DNA of 62,348 nucleotides, taken from positions 1-62,348 of the forward strand of contig JNEM01010362.1 of the NCBI GenBank assembly GCA_000697335.1, read 5' to 3'. A program made the position numbers and the translations under genes. Positions 11,987 to 26,733 of this stretch are shown here, in pieces. Source of the stretch: Conidiobolus incongruus B7586 (taxonomy: Eukaryota). The notes under the pieces are model-generated. The model made no database searches. It worked only from the letters and a program-made list of their open reading frames with translations, and was not told the DNA's origin. Each line of letters begins with the position of its first letter. The first letter of the stretch is position 1.

Positions 11987-14014
11987 ATTGTTGGGAGTGG
12001 CTTAATATTAATGACAGTTATGTTAATAAAGTATTGAGTTTAGGCATTAAGGGGTATTTATAATTGGTCAAGATAATGATTCATAAATTTCGTCACTAAT
12101 TTTTGAGGATGTTTGTTTCAATTTAAAATCGATTTTATAAAGTGCAAATCGAACCAATTAAAATTGATCAAATTATATCGTTATTAATTAAAGTATGGAT
12201 TTTAAAAATAATTTTCATCAAAAATATTCAAAATTTTTAAATTATAAAATTATATGACAAAAATTTTCGTCATTACTTTTATTGAATTACTAAAATAGTA
12301 AACTATTTTATAATATTGGATTATTTATTTTTATTTATGGAAAAATTTATAGTCTGAATTTTTCAATTTAATTTAATATCATGGATGAATATATGTAAAT
12401 AATCCATAAAGGTTATTTACATCGATCGTTATTAAAATTAAATATGATTCGATTGATACATTGATATTATTTATACAATGTATCAATCTATAGTTACTTT
12501 CTATGCCAAAATAAAATGATACAACTATATCCGTAATCAACTATGAATTTTAAATTATAATATATTTTTAATATTTATTTTGAAAATGATCATATATTCT
12601 CAATTTCAATCTATCAATATAAATCCATAATTTTGAATTTTATACTTTAGTTTGATAATATGATAATGATAAAAGATATATGTTATAAAAGATAAAAATA
12701 TTCAACTTTACTAGAGCTAAACTATTGATGAATAGTTTAATCAACATATTTTATTAATTTTACCATTATTTTCAACAAGATAATATTAATAACAAAGGAA
12801 ATTATAAGAATTAATTTGAAATTAACATAGTATTGAGGCAATGATTAAAAATAATTTGTTTTTATTACTATATCAAAATTGTAGTTGTAAATTTGAAAAT
12901 AGTCTTGGGAGCTTTAATTAACTTTTTTGGAAATAATGGGTTGATTCATATTGATTATTTTATTGAATCATTTGATTTGAGTGATCTTTTTAAGGATCTA
13001 TAATAAATGAAAAAGTTGAATGGTTGGATATTATTCAATAAACTCCAACTCATTTTTTTCTATTATTTTGTATTCAAATTATTTGATAAGCTCCAAAGAA
13101 AGAAATATTAATTGTAAATATGAAAATGATATTGATTCTACTGTATTTAAATATTTTTATACAAATTAGAGCCAGCTAGTATTGATATTGAACTTTATTG
13201 TTATCGATTATAATGAAATATAAATCCCAATATTGAGTTCAACTTATATCTTTGAATTAATATTAACTGTTTGTCAACCCTATTTAATCATGAGAAATAA
13301 TGTTTCGATATCATTTGGACTACAATAATAGTTTATTTATTGACTATAAACTTGTGTTGGAATTTGAAGCTTTAATATGTATGCTTTTGTTTTTTGAGTA
13401 TAAAAGATAAACTAAAATAGATATAATATATTACTTTATCAATCACTGTATATTATTAAAATTTTAGCGCTTTATATTTAATTGTATATAAGTTTTTGAA
13501 TTATTGATTTTTCCCTATGACTAAATAATATTTCTTTCCAATTAAATCTTGATCATTTGATTATATCTTCGATCACATTATTATATCATAACTATTTGAT
13601 TATAAGTGATTAGATGGGATCAATATTAAAAACATAACAAATATAACTCTTGAATTTAAAATCAAATATTTCAACTAAATAAATTTTGCAAAAATAAATT
13701 ATTTTATTCACTACCAAAGTATCTAACAACTGAATACCAATTATTAAGGCATTAATAAAATGAAAACAATGAACCCAAATTGCACATTGAAACTACCAAA
13801 TTTAATACACACCATATTTCAATTCTTACAAAATTCATTAAAACACCCCAATCCACCAATAGTTGAGCATTGTTTCCCATAATTTTTGTTCTAAATTGAT
13901 TATTCTTTAAAGTGTAATTTTATTTACCAACTATTAATAATAATAATATTATAAAAAAATTATAAATAAAAATAATAGAAAAATTAAATTATATAATTAA
14001 TTAATAATTCAAAT

Positions 14015-14648
14015 ATGAGTAATAATGAGTTCAGATTACCTCAAACTCCCGAAGAGTTCGAAGCTTTAGAGTTAGATAAGTATTGCGCTTTTAAGACAGT
14101 ATTGGCAGGTGGTGGTGGTAAATAAAATTCTCAATTACATTAATATATATAGATATTGAAATGATTCTCTAGGTTTCGCTCTCGGTGGTATTTTTGGTCT
14201 CTTCATGAGTTCTTTAGATTTTGCAGGACCTTCTATGAACCCAGACCTCCACAGCCAGAGCAGTAAAGTCCAGTTGAAAATTATGGCTAAGGATATGGCT
14301 CAAAGATCGTGGTCTTCCGCTAAGAATTTTGCAGTTGTTGGTGCTGTTTACTCTACTACAGAATGCATTATCGAATCGGTAAGATTTATTATTATTGGAA
14401 ATTGATATGAGTATTAATTAATGGTTTAGTATCGTGCCAAATCCGATTTAAATAATAGTGTTTATGCTGGTTGTGTTACTGGTGGGATTTTGTCGGCTAG
14501 AGGTAAAAATATTTTATATCATATTACATATATCTCATATATACTAATATATAAAATTATAGCTGGACCTAGTGCAGTGATACCAGGATGTGTTGGTTTC
14601 GCCGCCTTTTCGGCAGCAATTGATTATTGGGTACGTCACAATATGTAA
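14015..14648 (+). CDS. TIM22: Mitochondrial inner membrane import translocase Tim22, 4 exons
   Basis: [67 protein letters not shown]. Confidence 0.95.
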
Positions 14649-15174
14649 TCGACCTAAAATTGGATTAGAAATATAATTAGACATTCAAATTTAATAATTC
14701 ATTTTAAAAACATTCTTTTTTATTTATTTTTTATAAATATATTATATATTTAACAATCAAACAATTATTTATTTGTTGTTATTATATTTTAGTTCAAATT
14801 ATTTTCATGAACTAGAATATAATGAAAAAAATAATAAACTTTCAATCCAATTATTATTATAACTTTTAAAATATAAAAACTATTGAACATACATAAATTT
14901 TTGATTATATTATTAAAAAATTAATATGAACAAAAAACTACGAATATCAAAACATAACTGCAAGCATGATTTATTATCGACAAGAAATAATGACAGTAAT
15001 GTCATTTTTATTTATATAAATGTTTGTGATTGAATATTGAAACTTTGTCATCAATTGTAATAATTGAAATCCCATAATTTCTATCAAATCCTTAAATTCT
15101 TTAAAAATACTAAAAATTCCCAAATCTAACAATTTTACTGCATAATTAAAAAAAAGATTATTTAAATATAAAAA

Positions 15175-17419
15175 ATGCCTAGAGATAATCGTAGAAGAGG
15201 AAGACATTCAAAAAATAAAAAATCTACACAACCAGAAGACGATCCCAATCTAATACCAATTGGAGAACGTCGAGAAACTCAGGAATATAGTCAGTATGAG
15301 AATTATGATCAGAACAATTACCAAGATTACGACAATGCTTATAATGATCTCCAACCCTGTGATTTTGGTCTCCCCGACCCTAATGTCATATCGTATTTGA
15401 AACAGATGGAAGAGAAAATTGACACTCTTTTGGAAAAAACCACTATTGAAAAATTAAACGAAGAACAGAGAGAAGAATTCGATATTATTATAACTAACAT
15501 TTTCGAAGAGATCAAAGGTCACGAATTTTCACTGATTGTGCATCATGAAGGCTCCGTATTTTTAGAGAAGTTTTTAAAGGTAGCTCCTAAGACTAGGACT
15601 GTTGAATTGTTTAAGATATATCAACCAAGGTATATTGAATCGATTATGTTGTTTGATCAGTATTAATTGATAGGTGTTTAGATTGTTAAGTATTTTGACT
15701 CATAGATTTGGTTCTCACGTTATTCAGACTATTTTGACTTTGAGTGCTGATATTGTCGATTTACATGTAATTATTTTGAAATAATACAATTATATTTATA
15801 TTTAATGAAATAATTTGAATAGGTCAAAGGTGAATTCCAATCCACCAAAGATGAAAACGATCCCCACGAAGAAATCGAATTCACTATTGAAGATATGATT
15901 TCCGACTTTTGTGAGCAAATGACATCCAGATGGAGTTCATTTATTTTTGATCCTTTCGCTTCTCATGTCCTCAGAATCTTGTTACAAGTCTTGGTTGGTA
16001 AAAACTTAGATACCGATAACACCAATCAGAATGGTCCGTCAACAGTGAGAAGTAAGAAATCTGCCAAGTATCTTAAGGAGCATAAGGCTAGTGCCATTGC
16101 TGTAAGTTTTGAACTTTTATCTATCTAATTTAATAGTATTAAACATTTATTTAGGAAATGACATTAAAACCACTTTATCGTACTCCAGCCTCATTCCAAT
16201 CCTTACTCCAAAACATCTTCAAAGAATTAATTGATGATATTAACGAAACCATCTTACGTAGTGCAGTTCTACACAAAGTGGCATCCCCAGTCCTCCAACT
16301 TCTCTTAAAGATTTTACATTCTCAAAATGATATTAAAAAGTTGGACAAATTTGTCGATAGATTACTCATGGGTATTCCTAGTAAAGATGAAATTTCTGAC
16401 GAATTGGAACAGGTTAAAAAGCAGAGGAATCCATTCGTCGACACGGTTTTAAAGGATCAAGTGGGAACCCATTTGATGGAAATTATTGTCAAGGTATATA
16501 AATTATTATCATATAGTGTATATATTGTTAATATTTTTGCTAGGTTGTATCCCCCAAACTCTTCAAAAAAATTTACAGATTGTATTTTAAGCATAGGTTA
16601 TTAGAATTGGGTTTACATCCTTTATCTAATTTTGTTATTCAGCAATTGGTTGCCAATATGCCTTACGAACCTGTGTTTGCTTCATGTTTAGAGGAGTTGG
16701 GCTCCCACTTCGATGTCCTTTTGAAGAACAATAAAACTGGTACTATTAAGTCATGTATTGATGCATGTGTTAAATTGAACTGTCAATTTGAAGCTGTCAA
16801 TGACTACTTAGCAGCTGGCTTGAAATTAACACCAGAAACCATCAAAGATATTCTACCATGTCTCATTTATCTCAAGGACCATCCCACTCTCATTTCCACA
16901 CCAACCGACCGACTCAAATTCAGTCCCCAAGGCTCATCCATCATCCAATCTCTCACCAAATTCCCAGATCCTCACAACATCCTCAGCATCAACAGTTTTT
17001 TGAATCTCAGTCCAGATACCAAACTTAAATGGAGTAAGGATGTCATTGCATCTCACGCTATTGATAGTTTCTTCACCTCTAACAATATCAGTATTAAAGC
17101 GAAGCGCAAGATGATTCGTGGTTTTGATACTCAATACCCTAAATTAGCTCAGGATAAGTTTGGCTCTCGTGTTTTGGATAAATGCTTCGAAGTTGCGGAT
17201 ATTGAAGGCAAACAGAGAATCGTCAAAGAACTCCTGCCTATGGAACGTAATTTGAACAACGATTTCTTCGGCAAGATTACCCTCAAGAATTGTAATGTTC
17301 ATTTATTCAAAACTGACCTTAAAGGGTGGATCAAAGTGCAACAGGGACTGGAGTCTAAGCGTAGTTTGTTGAAGGATATTTTAGAAGATTCTAAACCCAT
17401 AAAAAAGATTAAAGCTTAA
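15175..17419 (+). CDS. NOP9: Nucleolar pumilio-repeat protein Nop9, multi-exon
   Basis: MPRDNRRRGR start, FGLPD, HRFGSHVIQT, DPFASHVLR, SNFVIQ, DKFGSRVLDKC. Confidence 0.92.
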
Positions 17420-18714
17420 TATAATTGTGTATTATTTAATAAAATTAATTTAGTTATAGAGTATTTAAAACAAACCAACATTGGTATAGTATTAGATTGA
17501 AAATAAAGTAATAGGACTTTTTTAAAATTAATAAAAAAGTATAATTATAATATTCTTTTATAAATTAATTTATTCAACAATTAAATCATTAAATCAAATA
17601 AATTTTTTCTTTTATTTTATAAAATGAATATATTTTCAAAATTTACTTACAAAATATTAAAAATATATTAATTATAATATAATAAATTTTTGTATTTATT
17701 ATTTATTATTGATTTTTAAATTATAAACAAATTATTTATTAATTTTACATCTATGAATTGAAAAAATTATTAGTTATATTAAAAGTATAACAAAAATAAA
17801 ATAAATCATAGAAATTTGTTATTTAATTATTATAGTAATATAAATAGATATATTATTATTAAATTATAAATAAATTCAACATTTTCCCTTTAATATTAAT
17901 TATTCATATTTTTAAATATATTAAGGTATTAAATTATGGAATATTTATTCTAAAAAATATTCTAATTTAAATTGTGATAATTGCTTTGATATCAGATTGA
18001 AATTTTATAGTATATCAAAAATCTATTACTGATCAATGGAAATTACTAATTATACATAATGAATATTATTTAACTTATTTACTTTAATTGAAGATTATTT
18101 TACAAAAAGATTTAAAGCCAATATATTGAATCATTGTGGAATAATAATAACTTTACAAAAGCCCTGTTATATTATTTTAATTATAATTAAATTAAATCCA
18201 AAATTCAATATAAAATTTTAAACATTGGATAATAAAACACAAGTTGAAGTTTAGTAGTATTAAATTTAGTATCAATGCATTAAAACAGTGTCATAAATCG
18301 ATATTCGTATACCTTTATATCATATTTTATTTAATTTTCTATTTAATTGAGAGATGAGGCAATAACTTGAGGCAAACTCTTCAAGGCCGATGAGAATCAA
18401 TTCTAGTTGTATATCATATTTGTTATTCTGCTAAAAGCGACTAAGTAATTACTGTATTCAATCAAAATTATTTCAACTAATTTATAGTTACAAAATCAAT
18501 ATTGGTTAATTTTCAATTTATATTCTAACATATATTATTAATGCTGAGGTAAATGATTCATTTAATGAAGGCTATTAAAAATAATATATAAATATTTATT
18601 AGAATTTTTTGTGATATAAATTTTATATTCATAATTTCAAAATATATTTTGATATGAATTTATAAAATAAGTCACATTTGATATATTAAACTTTACTATT
18701 ACCATCTTTAAGAA

Positions 18715-19845
18715 TATTTTACTTTGAAACTTAAAAATTGATATATTTTATTTCTGATATTTGTGATATTTCTAATATATTAATAGGTTTTAAAATTAGA
18801 TTTTACATAAAATAAATAATAGAATTAACAGTTCTACATGATATATGCATATATATACGTTTTGTTCTAATTATTTTTTGATGAAAATATTTTCTTAAGA
18901 ATTTAATGATATTTAAATTAAATAATGATTATCAAATTCTTTTGTTTTATTATCATTAAAACTCATCTACAGACCTTTTTAAATGATTTAAAATTCACAA
19001 ATTCATTATATAGATAATCTTTTATCTAAAAACACTTTTTATCATTATGTTTGTTATTTTAAAGCTAAAAATCAAGTATTATTTTTATTTTTTTAATTAT
19101 TAAATAAATAAATACATTATAAATAACCATATTTTTTGATCAAAAAATTATCAAAATACTTTAATATTGACTATACAATCATATTGTATATATCATAGTT
19201 CAAACTTAGTATAATGAATCAACATATAAAATATATATTATAAATTTTAATAAAGGTTAAAAAAAACTAAATGATAGTTAAGCAAAGCTTAATAATTTAT
19301 AACTAATAATTAAGATTTTTCTATTAAATTACTATAATTGATGAATTATTAACCCTTTTGTATATCTCTTTGCTTCAATATAAAATAAAATATTAGGTTC
19401 AACTAAAAGAATAACATTTAAAAATCCAAATAAATATTTTATTTATAACCTAATATTATTTATTATGATCAATTATAATTTAATATAATTTTTTATTTAG
19501 CTCCAATATATAAAATGAATATTAATAAACTTGATTTTATAATATTAATATAAATAAATAATAAATATTATTTTAACAAATAATTTTAAATAATTATATA
19601 ATATTAAAGTTGTAAAAAATTTTTAATATAAAAGTAAAATTTAAACAAAAAATCAAATTTTAAATTTAAATAAAAAGTAAAGGATTTTAGATATTAGAAG
19701 TTTGCCAAAAGTATGGCAAGGAGTTATTTATAATAAAAATGAGAATTAAGTTTATATTAATAAATTATTTTTGTATACTTTATATTAAAAATTATATTTA
19801 AATTTGATTTTAAAAAAGTGTTATTACCTGATTTCCAGGGTAAAA
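18715..19845 (+). mobile_element. Heavily decayed mariner, family A-related copy 3
   Basis: Collinear with copy 1 (AAACTTAG...ATAAAATA block; ATTGATGAA retains the first Asp; IRSLPKVWQGVI); right TIR GTGTTATTACCTGATTTCCAGGGTAA; left boundary approximate. Confidence 0.7.
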
Positions 19846-20342
19846 CATTTGCTATAGATTTTCCATTTGGTAAAGATCACTCAACACCATAGTAAATATT
19901 TAGATATTTTTGAATAATTTTGAATAATGTAGTTAAGTTTACTCAAACAATAAAAAACATTTTTTTTCTAGTAATTTGAGCAATAATTATTACATATTTG
20001 TTTAAATAAATTGATTGGAGTAACTCATGTTGAAATATTCATTAATTTACCAAGTTGCAATTTGTTTTTTAATTCAAAAACATTTTCATAATATAATGTT
20101 TGAGTAAAATATGTCTATTATTTGAGCAAAATATTATTAGTTTGAGAATTTAATATAAATATTCTAGTTAATAAAATACATTTTCAAATTACAATATTTT
20201 ATAAATTATTTTTTAAATTAAACGTGTAATATATCTATTGATTCATAGTTCAGAAAATATTAATAATCATAAACAAAAATTCAATAAATTGCATTTAACC
20301 TACTATCTCTTCTCAATTTTCAATTCAAAAAATTTTAAATCA

Positions 20343-20714
20343 ATGTATCCTCATATTACTCGACGAAATCAAGATTTCCAAAATCAAAAAGATGAACTTT
20401 TTTCTGGCAGGAGTGAAAATTCTAGCCATGTATCTGTCGCTATAAATGTAGATCAATTTCTGACTAATACTCAGAATTTCGTTGAAGATTTAATTATTGA
20501 TAGTCAAGATGTTTTAAAAGATTTAACAGAACAAAGCGGAATGTTAAAAAATAGTAGAAAGAGGGTGTTAAATACAGTTCATACTTTGGGATTAAGCAGT
20601 AATGTTATTAGATATATTGAAAAGAGAAGTAATCAAGACAAGATCATTTTTTGGTTTTGTAATGTCGTTTGTATAGTGGTTATTTGGGCAATTGTGCATT
20701 ACTTTAAGAAGTAA
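20343..20714 (+). CDS. BOS1: Bos1/membrin-like Qb SNARE, apparently only the SNARE motif plus TM anchor
   Basis: ELF motif, VLKDLTEQSGMLKNSRKRVLNTVHTLGLSSNVIRYIEKRSNQDKIIFW, then a C-terminal TM segment; first ATG at 20343. Confidence 0.72.
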   Translation: MYPHITRRNQDFQNQKDELFSGRSENSSHVSVAINVDQFLTNTQNFVEDLIIDSQDVLKDLTEQSGMLKNSRKRVLNTVHTLGLSSNVIRYIEKRSNQDKIIFWFCNVVCIVVIWAIVHYFKK

Positions 20715-20872
20715 AAATGAAATATAATGGGGACTCTTTTTTTGAAATTAAGAATTATATTCATTATTTATAATTTTCAAAAGATAAGTGTATTTTGTAT
20801 ATATCACACATTATTAAGTATAGTTTTTTGATATGTCTATTTTATTAACTTAGGATAACATATAATAAAAAA

Positions 20873-21489
20873 CTATTCGTCTTCAATTTGATAATGCACT
20901 TTAATTATAAGAGAACAATTACCACATTGAACCAAAGTATTTAATTCTCGATTACTTAGGATTTTATCACTAGCATTATCTAACAGATCTTGTTCACTTA
21001 ATTTATAATAATCGCTACAGCGACAAGGATAATAATAATATCCTTCTTCTAGATATAAACGATTAATAATAAATAAAATAAAGCTAAATTATATTTGCCT
21101 TCGTTAAAGTTCATTTCATCAATTTCTATCTCTTCATTAATTACACCTACTTCTTTATACTGAGTATCTAATACAAATAGTTAATATCAGGATCATTTTG
21201 AAATAAAATAACATTTACTCGTTATTGATAAATCATAATTTCTTCTACTAATAGGATCCTTTAAAGTCGTATATGCCTCTTGAATTTTTAAAAATAGCTG
21301 GTCAAGTTCTTCATTTGGTTCTCTTTTATCAGGGTGATACTATATAAATAAAAATTTTAATTTTAATTTAAAATAATTTGGTAATGAATTTACTTTTAAC
21401 ACAAGTTTTTGATAATTAATTTTAATTTGATTAGGATCACAGTCTGAACTAAGGTTTAAATATTGATAATAAGTTTTTTCTATACTCAT
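20873..21489 (-). CDS. DPH4: Diphthamide biosynthesis J-protein (DnaJ plus CSL zinc finger), multi-exon
   Basis: TYYQYLNL...YHPDK...IQEAYTTLKDPISRRNYD; YYYPCRCS...VQCGNCSLIIKVHY. Confidence 0.92.
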
Positions 21490-21766
21490 ATTAAAAAATA
21501 ATTTTTAATTTTTTTTAATTAATTAAGTTATAATATAATAAATAGTTAAAGATAAAAAAAATGAATTGATAAAATAAAATTAACTATTATTAAATTTTCC
21601 TTAATAAAATAAAATTAAATTGATTGGTTAAATTTTATTTACATCATTCTCATTTATTACATGGTTTATCTTAATTTTTAATTTTTGTTTTAATTCAATA
21701 ATCAATCTTAAAATAAAATACTTTATATTTAATATTTCTATTTCATATTAAAATAAATTTTTTAAT

Positions 21767-24700
21767 ATGCACCTATCAAGGATAGAAACTCTTTTCGGTG
21801 AAATTACCAATTCTGAAGGTATTTCCTTTGTTTTTATATCAGCATTTATAATTCATAGACTATTCTACATTATTGTTAAATTATAATTTTTATTCATTAA
21901 AGCGGTAATTATTTTTAGATTCCAATGTCCTGGGTAATTTTCCACCAAATACCTTTCAAACCATATTGACCGATGTAACCCAAATGTTACTTATGACTGG
22001 TCAGTCCCATCAAATTCTTACAACTGAAGCTCATATAGATTGGGTTTTAAAAGTACTTGGTAATGGTTTTAATCTTCCAATTACAGAATATCGACAGCTC
22101 GAGGATTGTTATAAAATCTACTCTAAATGGTTACTTGAACCTGATTCACGCCCCATCTATTTTAAAAAACATCGCCAATTGAAATCTGAAGAGGACATTC
22201 AAAATTCAAGTAGCCAGTCAATTCAAGAGTTATCGATTATTCCAATTGAAAATTACGAGTATTTTGAACAGAAGTTTTATCAAACAATAATACTACATAT
22301 TTCCCAAGTTTATTCTTTAAGATTGTTATCATCACCAATAGACGATACTAAATTATGGAATATAATGCTTGGGTTGGATCCTAATCCCAATGAAACTTAT
22401 GAAACTTTAGATCTAAATAATGAAAAAAATTACAACGATATCATCCACCACTTTTTAGATCTTAATCGCGATATATCCTCTCTCTTTGTCAAAATAGGTA
22501 TACATTTAGGGGATGTGATGTCTGAAGATACTTGGGATATATTACTTAAAACTATTTTGGGAATTACAGATCATTTGATTTACATTCACTCTCGATTATC
22601 TGCATTATCTCAGACTTTGGGAAATGACAAAGTAGAAAATTATCGTAAAATCGTAATGAAAATTACTTCAGTAATAACAGATATACAATTAAGGGTATAA
22701 TTAAAATAATTAATTTATTATTTTTTTATTAATTCATATTATTTAGACATTTTTTGAGATTTGGTATCGCTCCCAAAGCCAAAGTATCACATTATGGAAC
22801 TGTTTTCAGGTATATAAGATTATAATGATGATTAATATCATTTTCAATTAATAATGATCTTCTAGAAAAGATTCAATATATGGTGTGTTCAAAGCAATGT
22901 GATTCAACATTGGAATGCCATGACACTGAGTTTTACTAAAAAACTCTCATCAATGATGATTCAAAATAATACTGCCAAATCCCAGTTAGTAGTATTTTCC
23001 ACTCATGGATATAGCTTCAAAATCAACTTTTCTTATGAGTATTTACTTTTTGCATGGTACAAAACAATTAATTTGATCCATGATCCAAATGCTCTTCCAT
23101 CTCAAAGTTATGTACACGCTCTTAGAGGAATTTCAAAATTGATTTCAGTTTTAGAACAGTCCCCGACTCTTCATCCTCAATCCAAACCAATTGTTGATGG
23201 AAATATTCTCATCAGATTATTTGGACGCTGGCTTTTCAACCTCAATACTGAACAGCTCACTTTATCTGAATTCTCAGAAGCGCGCTGTATGATCTATGGA
23301 ACTATGTGCCAGCTATTTTCAACTCAGCCTATTGAGACATTTTCCCCTCACTATCAAAGTCATTTCTATCGATCCATTATTGAAGGATTATCTCATTTTG
23401 ACACAATGCAATCTATACTTATGCACAGTGGCAAACTGATGACTAATCAACCCGCAGCATGTGTAAGGCTATTGCCTCACTATGTGAAAGCATTCCAATC
23501 TATTGTACCAACTCTTTCTCCAAGCTGTAAACTTATTTTCCCACTCGACGTACTCAGGAAAAGTATTTTGACTATCATCACGTCGACTTTGTGTCTTCCA
23601 GACTTGTGTAAGAATTATTCCTTACCTAGGAATTGGCTGGAGCATAATTATTCTTCTCCTATGCTTGCACACGGCCTTAGCAAACTTGTATACCACGATC
23701 CAAATGGTCAATGTCCATTTCCAGAAATTAAGATTTATATTTTGAATGTTTTATTGCACTTTTTATCATCTGAAGCAAATGGGGATAATTTATTATTAAC
23801 ATTACATTTAATTGACGTTTATTTAATTCATGAATCATCATCTCTAGCACCTGACCTAATACGTATTGCTATCGTAAACCTTACTAATCAAATGCTTAAA
23901 TTTAATCTATCCGAACAGGTTATTTTGGGTGTTTTCAATCTTTTGAATAGTTTACTTGATAGATTACCTACTGAAGATATGATTAATCAAGTATTTTCAT
24001 TATGTCTTATTTTATATAATCTGTAGTAACGTACATTAATTTAGGAAATTACACGCGAAGTTGTCTTAAGTATCTGTCAATTTATTGATCGTTCACTTTC
24101 AATGGGTGACGTGGTATGTAAAAAATTTTATTATTTTATTTTGAATATATATTTTATTGGTATTTCATTCTAATATTATTCTGTTTTTAATATATTATAG
24201 GGTTTCACAAGACGATTAATTATAACAGCATATTTCACACTTGATAGATGGGTTTCTCAAGGTATTTGGATCACAACAGAAGATAACACCAATCATGCTT
24301 CCGAAGTATTTAAAATACTTCACCGAGGAATTAACTATACACCTCCCATTGAACTTTTGCCTTCATCACTATCTCATCCTCGTGTTGCTCAATCAGTTCA
24401 AATTCAATCTTCATCAAGACATCATTTACCAATTCCTCAAAAGTCCCAAAGTGTTCAGCATGCAGGTTTGCCTCAAGGCATTGATCTTTTTCCCAATTCA
24501 GTAGATAAATTTAATCCCCTTGAAGTTTCGAAAGAAATCAACAATATTGCTGAGTTGGTTCTTTATAGATTTTTAAATTTGTTCAACGAATCAACTTGTA
24601 TTATGTCACAACTTGGCTCTTTTCTACCTTGTGATCCTGATTTTGATGATTTAAAGTTCTCTAAATTAATATTGGAACGCCAAGAACAACTTTCAAACAA

Positions 24701-26522
24701 AACAGAAATCAAGGATGGATCCGAGTATGAATTGGACGTACCCTTGTGCAGGCATTATTTATTTGAAAAAAAGGTTCTGATCACAATTGTTGAACCACTT
24801 CCGTCTGCTTTTACTATGAAAGACCCCGAATTTTCAATTAAAAATTCTCCTCAAAAGCAGTGCCCATTCATTATTGTACGATCGTCATTTGGAAAACTTT
24901 GTTGGAGTATTAAGCCATGGGGCGATGGTGGGCGTGTAATGACACAAAAAGCATCTCTTCATACACCTAACCCGACGCCAATTGAATCAACACCGTTTGA
25001 TGTTCCTAGTAAAATACCATCCATGCCAGATATTTCGCAGCATAGCCAGCCTTCAACAGGTAAGAATTCCTTAAATTTTTGTTTTCAATTTTATTTAATA
25101 CTATTTTAGATGGTACACTTGCTGATCAAGATGGCGAAAATAATTCTATAGAAGACAGGAAAGCCATGATGGATGAAGCTTTAGCAGAAATAATCAAATC
25201 TCAAATCGATCAAGAGAAACATGCTAATTCTAAAAATTCCTTCGCTTATCACGACCCTAGGATATACTCCACTCTCCCTGGATTATCTGAAGCATATAAA
25301 GCTCATTTACATTTCAATTTGGCAAGGAAATTTTTGTTACAATTAGGTTTCATTAATGTAGATAATCAAAACAAATTGATTCCCTTAACATTGACTTCTA
25401 AATTAATTCGAGATATTGAGACACTGGACAGAACAAGTACGCTTATACCTATCAGCGCTTCAGTTTTTTACTGTACACCATCCTCGCGTACCTTTTCCGA
25501 TTTGATATTTCCAATGAATGGTGTTAGTCCTCTCTTCAAAGAGCTTCTTTATAGTCTTGGTAAACCAGTGGATTTATCGACCCATCGTGGATTTGCAGGT
25601 CAGTTGACTTCAGATTTGTGCTCTGTTGCACCCTATTTCCGAGACAGCTCTGTTGAGCTAGTATTTCACTGTCCTGCATTACTTAAATTTCCTGGTGCCT
25701 CTGCGCCACCTTCGCCTAGTCCTAGTAATCAGCATTTGAATGGCAGAGAGAGCAGCCATGGTAATAATTATAGTATGGATAATTTTGGAATGGAAGCTAA
25801 TGATTACCGTCTAATAATGCGAAATGATCAAGTCTTTCTCATTTGGATGGATGCAGATGCCACCAACATGGCACCAAATCATCGCTTGGACACTCATGTC
25901 AAATCACCATCTGGTTCTCCTATTCCTTCTTCTATGATGCTTCAACCAAGTGTTGTTGATCTAATCGGTAAATCCGAGGCAACATATATCATTGTCACAC
26001 CGATTAAAGCATTGCCCAAATCGGATTTATTCCAAGTTAATGTCATTTTGCCAAATCACACAAATGCAAATATATCCAACTTGGTTTCCAGTCCATCACA
26101 GAATCCTTTCATGGATTTTCCTCCTGCACCTAATGCAACACCTTCTGGATTCCCAGGCCCACTCATTGATGGAATGATAGTAAGACGTGATTCCTTAGGT
26201 ATCCTTCTCAGAAACACTATTATTTCCAGCCATATGGATTGGTTAAATTGTCGAAGTACCAACGTAGATCAACCGTAAGTGATTTATCCCATTTTATAAT
26301 ATATATATATATATTTATTTATAATTCGATTTCTTTAGATTTACTACTAGATCACGTATATTGAAACAACTAAACAATCTTTCATCTCCTGTAAATACTG
26401 TAGAAACTCTTAATAGGTAAAAATACATTTTATTAAACATGTAATCAATACATTAATCAAATTTTAGTTATTGTATGAAATTAATTCAAACTCCATTACA
26501 TACCAACAAGTCTGATTTTTAA
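21767..26522 (+). CDS. Ral GTPase-activating protein subunit beta-like, multi-exon
   Basis: N-terminal VLGNFP...HIDWVLKVLGNGFNLP...IYSKWLL; VDGNILIRLFGRWLF; C-terminal RapGAP-like LARKFLLQLGF, DIETLD, LGKPVDLSTHRGFAG, PYF..VELVFH, GPLIDGMIV. Confidence 0.82.
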
Positions 26523-26733
26523 TTTTTATCCTTTAATTATAATCAGTTGACCCCTTATTGATTGATTAATTAATAAATCTTTATTTAATTCAATACAAAA
26601 TAATTTTTAGTTTTTGAATCCGTTTTTCAGATAATTCAATCCCATATAATTTAATTCCATTTTAAATATATTAAAATGGTGAATTCATAGTAATCAAATT
26701 ATATAGTCAATAATTTGATTATAATTAAACGAT

